NCBI GenBank assembly: GCA_020536535.1
Contig: JAHLWZ010000782.1
Coordinates: 1 to 48,871 of the forward strand
DNA from: Pelomyxa schiedti
Lineage: Eukaryota > Protista > Evosea
Direction: 5' to 3'
DNA: 48,871 bases
Shown here: positions 33,901-44,100 of the stretch, one piece after another
Layout of the letters: the number at the start of each line of letters is the position of its first letter
Position numbering within the stretch: the stretch's first letter is position 1
Made by a program: the position numbers and the translations under genes
The notes under the pieces: model-generated
The model's input: only the letters and a program-made list of their open reading frames with translations
What the model was told of the DNA's origin: nothing
Databases searched by the model: none

Positions 33901-34277
33901 TGCACAGTGCTGATGTAACACTGGTTATGTTATGTTACCATTCAATAATTGAAGATTAAAATTATGTGAGTGCAGTATATTTTAAAACTAGTGCCTTTAT
34001 TTTATTTTCTGTTAAATACATTAAAAGGATGATGGGCGGAACCCAACCTTCCACCGCAAGCAACGTCGCTGGGTTCAAACGACGTCAACGCCTCAACTAC
34101 TCTCGGAATCGCTTGCCCTCGCGGTCCATCCTTATGGGTTGGTTGATATCAGCATAATATACACCTGAGGACAAAACGGGAGGGGGTGTTACGCGCACGC
34201 GCACCTACCAAGTTGGTCCGACCAAGCTGCCCGTGGTCGGCACACCCCCACGTCATCACCTCCTTGCGCCCCGTCAT
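30919..34277 (-). CDS. RCC1-repeat / F-box / Arf-family GTPase fusion protein, multi-exon
   Basis: ATG 34277. About 7 RCC1 repeats (VMTWGCADHGQLG, VACGG, ISCGGKHTAAISKSGDLFTWGNGNLGQLG, VACGDNHT..FAFGDNSTGQLG, ISCGWLHS). F-box FSTLPGETLFQILQYLGPSSLCHLSQTC..LCSNNELWKELF at about 32335-32460. Arf motifs GLDAAGKTS, TIPTTGFNVET, WDVGGADKIRPLW, VIWVVD, FANKQD and SCATTGDGL. Every junction I traced from the F-box through the Arf domain is phase-compatible GT-AG. TGA at 30919-30921. Confidence 0.88.
31688..31700 (-). other. 13-nt microexon (GATGTTGGTGGAG) encoding the Arf G3 motif DVGG
   Basis: Flanked by AG (31702-31701) and GT (31687-31686), with 45- and 51-nt introns either side. It is required to restore W-DVGG-x-DKIRPLW. 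Confidence 0.8.
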
Positions 34278-34345
34278 CAAACGAAACGACTTTTTCTTGG
34301 AACTGGTTTTTTTTTTCAGTAATCTGTCACATTACAAAACAACAA

Positions 34346-35350
34346 TCAAGACCCACCCCTCCAAACATTTGCGTTTGGTGTTTGTGGGGAAAGCCCTGGC
34401 ATCTGCTGCTGTTGTTGGGGTATTTGTGCCCCAGTGTTCATTCGGTTGGGTTGAAGTCCATGTAGATCCTGCTGCTGTTGTTGTGTGGGCAGCAGCCTCT
34501 GTGCCAGCATCAGGGCGTTGGCGATACTGGCAGGATTCGCTGGCCCCATCTGCTGTGAAGTGGTTGTTGTTGTTGTGGCTGCACTCTGGGTATTGTTGCT
34601 GTTATTCTTTTGGCGTTGCACACCAGTCAGCTTTGCACAGGTAAGGCACACAAGAAATGATGCTAGCTTTGCGTGGGTGGCTGATGTTGCCTGCTGTTGC
34701 TGCTGCTGCCTCATATCTGATGTAATTGAGGTTCCTAATGATTGGCCTGGCGTGGACTGACTTGCAGTCGGAGTCCTTGGCGGCGCCAGTTGTTGCAGTT
34801 GCTGTTGTGTCTGCAGTTGCATTTGTGGCTGCGGGATGTGTGAGGGTGATGACGTAGGTGGCAACTGCGAGGAAACGCTCCCAGAAAATCGGGATCCCTG
34901 AGTCATCATTGGAGTTGTGGTGCTGTGGCCACTGATCGTGGGGTTACTGGCCGAGTTTATTAGTAAGAAGGGTGGTAGCTGGTTGTTGCCTACACCAAGG
35001 GTGTTTTGTAGTACGCCGGGGAGTGGTGTATACAATGGAGAATTGAGGCTGGGGCTGTTGAGGCCGGTCCTCATATCTCGACTAGAAGTAGAAGTAGTAG
35101 TAGTACTGTGAATAGTAGTAGTTGAGGCGTCAGTATGTTGAGGGCCTTGCCTCACAAGGTGTACTTGTGGGTGCAGGTGCCTCTCAGTTGAAGTTGTTGG
35201 ATTAGTGCTGCCAATTATGGGTGATAATGTGTTGATTACACCGACGCGGGGGTCGTCGTCGACCGCAATGGGACAGGCGACGGCATTCGTCGAAGTTGTT
35301 GGGCCGGCCGACTGGCGCCGGCGTTTGTTTGTTGGCTCCTGTGGCATCAT
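34346..35350 (-). CDS. Intronless low-complexity Q/T/S-rich protein with a basic NLS-like patch
   Basis: The 389-codon ORF 34346..35515 probably starts at MMPQEPTNKRRRQ (35350). Q- and T-runs; no recognised domain. Confidence 0.6.
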   Translation of the reverse strand: MMPQEPTNKRRRQSAGPTTSTNAVACPIAVDDDPRVGVINTLSPIIGSTNPTTSTERHLHPQVHLVRQGPQHTDASTTTIHSTTTTSTSSRDMRTGLNSPSLNSPLYTPLPGVLQNTLGVGNNQLPPFLLINSASNPTISGHSTTTPMMTQGSRFSGSVSSQLPPTSSPSHIPQPQMQLQTQQQLQQLAPPRTPTASQSTPGQSLGTSITSDMRQQQQQQATSATHAKLASFLVCLTCAKLTGVQRQKNNSNNTQSAATTTTTTSQQMGPANPASIANALMLAQRLLPTQQQQQDLHGLQPNRMNTGAQIPQQQQQMPGLSPQTPNANVWRGGS

Positions 35351-35747
35351 TTTATCGGCGGGTAGTGATGGTTCGTTCTCGTGGAGATGTTGTGGGGTTG
35401 TGGGGAAACGAGCACGGGGGCACACAGGCCTGTGTGCTGTGTATTGGCGATTCGCTTTTTTGTGTGATGTTTTTACTGTTGAGGTATTACTGAGTTTGTA
35501 CTTCGTGGTAATCAATGGACGTGCGCCTTTGCACGAAAATGGTCTTTCCGCTACTCCGGAACCTGCAGGAGTTCTGCTGATCAGTGATCTTTAGACCCCC
35601 GGGTGAAGGAGAACGAAAGTTGTGCACAACTGATCAGGATCTAAAGCACTCGGTGGCGACGTGTCTGTGCTGTGGTGTCTGTACTGTTGGAAGGAGTTCC
35701 ATGTCTGATTAAAGAGGCTCCCGAAAAAGTAAAATTTTGAGCTCTCA

Positions 35748-36690
35748 ATGTCGTGGTGGGGCTGGGCGACCGGGTCATCACCACCGGCCAAGGACACAGC
35801 TTCATCTTCAACAACTAAGGGCCTTGGTTTGTTATTAAACCCATCACCACCCAAATCCGGCTCTGCCGCGCAGGGAACTAGTGCCTCCGGGGCTGCGTCC
35901 CCTGCTCCTTCTTGCATTTGCAGTTGCAGTGGCAGTAGTAGTGACGTGCTTACCAGCTTTGACGAAACAACGCGATGGTGCTACGCCCAGTCACCTGTTG
36001 TGGACAACGTTGCGTGCGAGCCCCCTCACAAACGACCCTCTTGCCGTGTCAGACCCTCCGCCTCTATGGTGGCAGCCGTGCGGGATGTCGATTCCGAAAT
36101 GCAGCAAGCAAAGGTACTTTGCCTGTCCAGTAGGAACTTTTGATCAATTTAATTTGTAACTAGCGGGGGTTGCCAAGAGTCTGTAGTAAGATAACGTGCA
36201 GGTTTTCTTTGAGGAAATGAGGGCTTCTATGGTACTCCCTTCTCCTTTTGGAAACAACGCCGAGACATCGACGTCGCCATGCCAGCCGGCAACCCAAGTC
36301 TGTACGACTGGGCCCTCGTCCCCTCTCCCGAAATTTCATGAGGACATGAAAACCATTGCCCTACAAACAAAGCAGCTCCTCGCACAACACCTCCACTACA
36401 CTCCGCCCTCATCACCATGCTCCCCGCTCTCGTCGCCAACGCAGCACTCTCTCACATGCCCAAATAATGTCCATATCACACATTCTTCACCAACATCACC
36501 TTGCACATCATCTTTCGAATCAGAATCACCACCACAATCCTCAACATCACCAACGGCACCACCAACACAGCAGCACCCACAATCCGCAATCAGCGGTACT
36601 TCTCACCCTTTGACGTCGTTGTCTCCGTGTTGTGATATTAGCCGTGAATCTGACGAGGACTCTGAGGAGTTCTTCAGTGCCAGTGACTGA
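35748..36690 (+). CDS. Hypothetical S/P-rich protein with a C-terminal FFAT-like motif, exons 35748-36113 and 36202-36690
   Basis: A phase-0 GT-AG intron at 36114-36201 joins the two ORFs. Starts MSWWGW and ends ESDEDSEEFFSASD*. Confidence 0.65.
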
Positions 36691-36839
36691 AACAAACTTT
36701 CAAACAAAAATAGCAAGTAATTTCTCATCAAAAACTGACGCGTAATCTCGTGAAACGAGTTTGGCATAAAAACATAAAAAAACAATCGGAACGCACGAGG
36801 GGACGCACGTCTGTAGGTGCCTGTGAGTTTGTGTCGCGA

Positions 36840-39800
36840 ATGTCGGCGTCGGAGTTTGATGATGCGGTCATTAGCAGAGGGAGCAAATGCGATGCCAACA
36901 TGGAGCGTGAACTGAGGACGTGGATTTGGGAGTTTGTTCACAACTCGTCCAAGACTACGCCAAAGGGTGCGATGTACGCGGCGGGCACAAGCCTGTTGGA
37001 GCTGCTACGAGATGGAGTGGACTTGTGTGCCCTTGGTTTGTTTTGCAAATAACATGTTGTGGTATCTGGTCCCTCTAACTTACTTTCCCAAAGTAAACAA
37101 GCTGGCACCGGGGACAATCAGAAGAGTCCACGACAAACCACCTATACTACCATTCAGACAAATGGCACGACTATTTATTCGTCTACTAAACAATCACGGT
37201 TCTCTGTATGAATGAATAATTATTCTTACAGGAGAATATCACTTCATTCATTCGAGGATGTGAAGGAATAGGCATGAGCGGGTCCGTTCTATTTAGAACT
37301 GCCGATTTGTACGAAAAGAAAGATCCCAACGCGGTACCATGCATTTTTTGGAGTTTAATCTAAACAAAACAAGGTTTTTGTTGCTTTACACCACCTGCAA
37401 GTGATGGTTCAGAAAACCAATGGTGACTTCTCCCGATTCAGAAAGCAAGCACCTGGCAGACCTGCCCCGCCACTGCAAAATGCTCCAGTCTCCAGTATAA
37501 AGCCTACTACCTCGGTTACTGCTAAGCCAAGTGTTTCCACGTCTTCGTTTACATCAAACCCTACAACAGGTTGGTTGGTTGTTTGTACCTAATGGAGAGA
37601 AGATGTTTTAATTTCAGTGCAGCTTCCACAACTCCCAAGGAGACAACTTCTCCAGGCACTTCCTCCACCACTTCTTCGGTCTCTTTCTCAGCTCACAAGG
37701 ATCCAAGTGCATCGGTAGTTACTATAAATGAAGACTTGAATACAAAAAATCAGCTCAAATATAGGTATTAGCTCGCAGGGTTTACTTTAAATCACTTAAC
37801 ATACCCAAAGCCCAGAACTTGAAAAGTGTGAAAAAGTCTTGCTACTGGTTTTCATTCCCTTAACCTAAGTAGACTCATTGGTGACTGGATTTGTGCTGTG
37901 CTGGGTAATCCAAACCTTTTTGAAGGGAAAGCTTTTGTGCCAACAATAAAGAACGGTGTCATACTCTGCAAGTACGTTTTATACCAATGCTTACTCTATG
38001 TCTAAACTTCGAAGTCTCATGAACAAACTGAGACCAGGGATTATCCGAGTTAAACCATATGAAGGAAACATCGCCTTCAAAAAAATGGTACCTCTCTCTT
38101 GGTTTCCTTCAAGAGCCCAATTGTCCCCAAGGAAAATATCAGTTTATACCTGAAAGCTTGTAGAGATGTTGGAATGAATGAAACTGACCTATTCCGCGCT
38201 CCTGACTTGCATGAAGAAAAGAATCTCCCACTTGTTTGCTACCTTACTTAATTTTTGATCTTCATTCATGCTGAAAAGGTTATCAGTTCAATTCAAGTTC
38301 TGGCGCAGCACATGTCCCGACGTCCAGGATATACCGGCCCTCAATTACAGGTTTCCTTCTTGTGCAGTTAAATTCCAGTTTACTTCATTAGAGTACGTCA
38401 CATGTGAAGTCCTTACTGTCTACTGCTGTAATGGAGGCGCCGCTTGATGTCCCGCCTCCTGCGGCTCAATCAATCTCAAAAGAAGAATCTGACTTGGTTG
38501 AGTGGGTAAGTATGTCCGAAGAACGTAATCCCCAAGTAACAAAAGTAGATCAACAAAACCCTGAGTTCGAAGTCCCTCTCTATAAAGAACCTGAGCTCTA
38601 ATATCCATGACGGAGTAGCCCTTGTAAAGTTACTAGATGTACGCCCAATAACATTATGGACTTGCCTACTGACTTCGCACATGAATGTGCCAGTCACTTG
38701 CAGGGGGATCCCGGTTGCAATGTGTTGAGAACCCCTCCACTTTATGGCAATTCATGCAAAATGCGACAACTTTCATTGATACATTGTCTGAACAATCTGG
38801 CACCAAAATACACATCTGTACAGGACAAGGTGAATAAACAAACCTCTTGAATTATTACGTTAACTTATGAATCTAGACATTGTAAGTGGAAATACACCCA
38901 ATGTGATACAAATAGTTCAGTTCCTCCGGGATAAATTCGAGCAAGGATCCTTGTTTCGAGAGGTCACTTTTTTTTGTTCACATTGGTTCCTTACTTTTCA
39001 CAGGCCGCACCTGTAAAAGAAAGTATAATGACACAGATGCTACCTGAAAGTGCGGCACCAGACACTTCCCAACCACCATCTGTACCTGTCAAGCCAACAC
39101 CCACACGGCCTACTGGCAACGCGGAAGTACCCGCACCAGATACCCCAAAGGACACAACTGAAACAGTTCCACCTTCTACTCCATCTGACGCTACAGCACC
39201 CGTTTCTGTGGATAAGAGCCCTGAAACTGCCGTTCCTGCAAAAGAGGCTCCTGTTTCTCAACCGGAACAAACATCTGTAACAGCAGCCCCTAGTACTAGC
39301 AACACCGAGACTAGTGCTGCATCACATGACACTGACGACGACGATGACGACGACGACGACGATGATGACGATGATGACGACGACGACGCCGGAAAGGACA
39401 CTGAGGATGAAATGAATGAAAGCAAAGAAAAGAAGAAAGCAGACAAAAAAGGTTTGGAAATCTAAGACAATATGGGACTCCTTACATCAGGCCACAGATT
39501 CTTCCGAGGAAGAAACTGATGATGACGATGACGACGACGATGACGATGATGACGATGACGACGAAAGTAGTGAGGAAGAGACAAAGACAGCAGCAGTGGT
39601 ATAATATACACACAGTATTCCTCAAAGTAAAGACATTAAGGCTGAAAGAGTTGTGGTTCATTTTGACACAAAGCCCAATCCTCCAAAGAGAAGAAATAGT
39701 GTTTCACTTACTCCGTCACTCATTCTACCTGCTCCTTCTTCTACTACCTGTGCAGCAGCCCCTGTGGCAACAGCACTTCAAGAGGGCACAAGGAAAAGAG

Positions 39801-41168
39801 CTTTTTCAATTGGTTCTGGGACCCATTTGGACTTCTACGCTCAAGGTAGGAGGAAAGCGATTTATTTTTTTTAACTCTCCACAGAGGAGCGAGTGAGAGC
39901 CGCACAACAGGAACTGCGTCTGAAGTACACGAAAAAAATGATGGATTCTGAGGCCCTGTACGTCCAGCAGCTCAGTAATCTAGACAAATTCAGACAACAA
40001 CTATCCAAGTAAAGTACCAGGACTAATGATCTCGGCTAACAGAAAAAGGGCAACAGGGAAAAAACCAGTTCTTACTGAAACGCATGCATTCAAGATATTC
40101 GCCAATGTTGACGAACTGAAAACTCGGCATTCCGAGTTCTTAAATGCCCTCAAAGTGTTGATAAGCAATTGGGATGCAAATAGTGCGTCAGTTGGGGACG
40201 TTTTCTTGAATGAAGTATTCCTACTTACTCCTCAATTCTTCCTTTGAAGATGGTTTTAGGCGGAGTTTTTTGTTCAGTATGGTACATATCTTGTAAATTT
40301 CGATACTGCCCTCATCACAGTGCATCTTGTCAAATCTCTTCTTCCTCGTTTCAAAAATATAGTGGAGGTACCCATTCCACGCGTCATTAAATCACTTTGA
40401 CTTATCTTTCCCCTTTAGCAATTCGAGAATCACTTACATCAGACTCTTGAATCACTTCTCAGTCTTCCAACCGAAAGGTAATATCTTGAAAAGGTGCTTC
40501 TTCTTGATCGCTTTCAGATTGCCAAAATACACTAAAGCGTTGGGTGACATCTTGGCATATACATCTGCAACCCATCCAGATTACCATGCGCTTTGCGCCG
40601 CTCTCCGCAAAGCAAATACTATTACAGCAGCGCTGGCTGCGTCTGCCGATATTTCTTCTGCAACAGCCAATGCTAAGAAGCTAATAAGCATTGCCGAATC
40701 TATTCCAAATATAGAGGGCAAGGTTACCAAAGTTTCCCTTTTGTTCGTCAATGTCGACTTGCTTTCTAGAAACTACTCAAATCAGGAAGAAAGTTCTTGT
40801 ACGAAACAGATGCATCTGCTGTTATTACCAAAGATGCCTCGAGTATTGAACACCAGCGGTCCCGCATTTTCCTATTTGATGGTGACGCAACAATGGCTAT
40901 TTTTCCAAACTAACACCCTCATGAAGACATCCTCGTATTTTGCGTACCCCAAGAAGATAATCCCAGTCTATTTGCCATTACAGAGCAATACCGGACCGCC
41001 GATCTCAAGGGCATACACCCGGACCCCTCTGAGACGGCTTCCCGGATTTCATTAGACTTCAAGGAGGGGCACTGTGCCGTACTGACATTGCCATCCATTG
41101 AGCAGTCACAAGCCTTCCTTCTGCCACTGAAGTACACCCACTACAATGACTCTCCCAATTATCTCTAA
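36840..41168 (+). CDS. Calponin-homology (2, possibly 3 CH) DH-PH RhoGEF, multi-exon
   Basis: CH1: ELRTWI..LRDGVDLC..NKLAPG..ENITSFIRGC..LFRTADLYEKKD. CH2: IKNGVILC..NKLRPG..ENISLYLKAC..LFRAPDLHEEKN. DH: MMDSEALYVQQL, IFANVDEL, RLPKYTKALGDILAYTSATHPDY. PH: GRKFLYE..RIFLFD. Stop TAA 41166-41168. Confidence 0.85.
39334..39562 (+). repeat. Two coding (GAC/GAT)n tracts: D18 (39334-39387) and D15 (39518-39562)
   Basis: Direct inspection. The second tract is flanked on both sides by SSEEET. Confidence 0.9.
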
Positions 41169-44100
41169 CTTCTGTCCAGAAAAGTTGCCCAACTGTAATG
41201 CTACCCAAACACTGAGCAATTTTGGCTGTATGCTCAAGATTTCGGCAATAACATGCTGTGAGAGAAAGAACATGATAATTATTATTGCAATAATGCCCGT
41301 TGATTGTGAGATTGGTGTTTGGTTTCGCTTGTGGAAGTGACTGGATGATTGTAGGCTATAGGGATGACGAAGCAGAGTAGGAAGGCCGGAAAGCTGTTGG
41401 GTACGTTCCCTTAACCCACTTATAGCCCAGACCTGCATACATTGCGCTACTTGATGGTGATGATGGCGGCGTCTCGGGTTGTTTTGCCGCTGAGGATGAT
41501 GCTGAGGCCGAGGCCGAGGCTGATGGAAATGGTGGTTGATGTTCTGAAGGGTGTTCTATGTTAATCGGTTGTGTGGAGGATCCCGTTGTTGTTGTTGTTG
41601 TGGCCGATGCTGTTGTTGTTGTTGTTTGTGTTCGGGGTCCGGCTGACTCGCTGGAGTCGGTATCTGAAAGTGATTGTGACTGCGATGGCGAGGTGCCGGT
41701 TGTGTTTGTGGCTGTTGGTGTGTCTGTTGCCGGTGGTTTCTGGGGTTCATTGGGTTGAGCCGGAAGTTCCTCTGTTGTAGTGCCGGTGCTGCCGGTTTTG
41801 GTGCTGTCTGTGGTTGTATCCTTTGGCGTTGTGGAACTCTCACTGTCCGGGGATATTGGACTTGTTGTTGTGGTGCAAGTAGTTGCAGTGGTTGTTGCAG
41901 CGGAACTTGTAGTTGTTGAATAGCTAATGGTGGCACTGGCGTTGGGAGAAGGGACCGTGCTGACTGTTGAACTGTCATCCGTAGAACCGGTAGAACTGCT
42001 GGTTTCAATGGAACTGGGAGTATTTGTAGAACTACACTCTGGGGTAGGGGTGGTATTGGGTGCAGGAGAGGATTCCGGTGGAGAAGGACCAGGTATTACG
42101 TTTGGTTGCATAAGGGAGGGTTCAGGTGTGTCGCTTGCCGTTTTATTTGAAACTGAATTATTAGTTGTGGCTATAAGGTCGGATTTGTCTGGTATAGTCT
42201 CTGGAACCGGGAGGGTAGTTGTTGTATGACTTTCAACTGGTGGACAGGTGATTTCCTCTCCTCTTACAAAGACTGCAGTACAAATTTCAGTTTCAAGTTC
42301 TTGTGGTGTGAGATTTGCGACAGCTGACTCCACTGTGAATTTGCGAGCAACTTCCTCGGGCTTTTGTGATACTCTTATCACAGGGGGAGGGTTTGGGTCT
42401 GGTGCCTCGTCGTCTGGGACCCAGTCAGGGGGAAGAAAGCATTCACAGAACGGGTGGGTATCTTTGCTTAAGGGGGAGTCAGGTACTTCCTTTAGTTCAG
42501 CGGTGCTCCCAGTGTGCAGAAGATCCTCTGGGGATTTTGTATTTGCTGTAAGGTTGTCATCAATTTCGGCTCTGATAGGAGGTGAGGGAGCAGCATCCAG
42601 ATTGCAACTAAGCAGTGACGTGTAAAGGCTCATCAGTGCCTCAACCGGATCTGGTTTTATTCCACAGTTTCGATATGGTTGAAGATTCTCTCCTGCATGA
42701 GGTATCTCTGTAGCGGGTGCTTGCGACGGAGAGGGCTCTCTTTCAATTTTCTCGGTGCTTAAGTTTGTTTGATCCCGAGTTTCGGTTTCTTGCACGTATC
42801 CCTGACACGCGGGGATCACTTGATCAGGCAACACCTGTAAGAATTGAGAACGCGAAGCATGCTTTTGTTGCATACTATTTTAGGTATTTGCAGTCGAAGT
42901 TCCGCGACCATTTCCTGTTCTCTAGTGAGCCTTATATATTAAAGTGGTACAAACCTCTAGTTGTTTAATTTTTTCATTTTGTAGCTCCATTTTGTGGTTG
43001 ATAAATTCTTTTTCTTTGGTAAAAGCATTTTCTTGGCATTCCATTCTCTTCACTAGAGCTTGGAGGGCCGAGAAAATATCCATGTTCTGAGTAGTGTCGG
43101 GAATGGTGGGAAGTTGTGCTTTAGCTTGCCATATTTTTACATCCTCTATCTCTCTTTCCAAGCGGTTAATTTTTGCTTCTTGTATTTCAAGGAGAGCCTG
43201 TAAATTATCACTTTGCTGCCACTTCCGATCCGTTTTTTCTGGAGGATAGATTTCGTTGCTAATTCTTTCAGAAGGGGCTGATTCAACTAAATGCTCTCCC
43301 TCCTTTTCTGTTGGTTTCTCGCCCTCTTTCACTTCCGTGCTAAGTTCTAGGGTTCTTTGTACCTCAGTAAGAGGAGCAGGAAATTCCCCTGGTTCTTTAC
43401 TTAGTTTGGGGTTTCCTTCCTCTATCTTGGGGGGCATGGTGTCGTTGAGGTTTTTGCTCTCTTGAACTATCGTAGCTTCATCAAGCGAATTCAGGCTCCC
43501 TTCATTCTGTGAAGAAGGTAGATCCATTTCTCCCTCTTGGGTATCACCCCTTGCTTTCAATTTCTGACTCCCTTCATTTGCTTCATCCACTTGAGCAATA
43601 GGTTCCAAAGATTGTTGTTGCCTTTCTTCAATATGGGCTGTGGCATCGCCATTCAAGATAATAGAACTCTCACTTACTTCAATCTTGGGATCACTTGTTA
43701 TGGGCACCTTCCCCTCAGCCTCAGTGTGGCTAACCTCTTTTTTATCAAGTGTTGGGTCTCCTTGTACTTGCACACTCTCTTTTCCTTCTGGGGTCTTGGG
43801 GGTCACAAGTTCATCAACAACTTGTACCTCATCCTGCTTGGTACTATCTTCCGCACTTTCTTCGTTTTCAGTGCTTACTTTTTCCACTCTCAAACATACT
43901 TCTTTGGCACACTCTTTTTCTTCACAGATTTCTTTGGCACACTCTTCTGACACTCTTACTCTTTTAGCATGGTATTCTTTTTCCTCCTTGACACAGAGGT
44001 CATTTAGTATCTCTGCACTGGAGGCTGTGGTTCGCTCTTCCACAGTGTTCCCTTTCGAGATAGTTGGTACAGACTCTCCTTTCTTGACTTCTGTTTCTTC

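Noticed and set aside
39334-39562. GAC/GAT repeats as a non-coding satellite
   Set aside because: They are in frame within RhoGEF exons and encode poly-Asp, so they are ordinary coding microsatellites.
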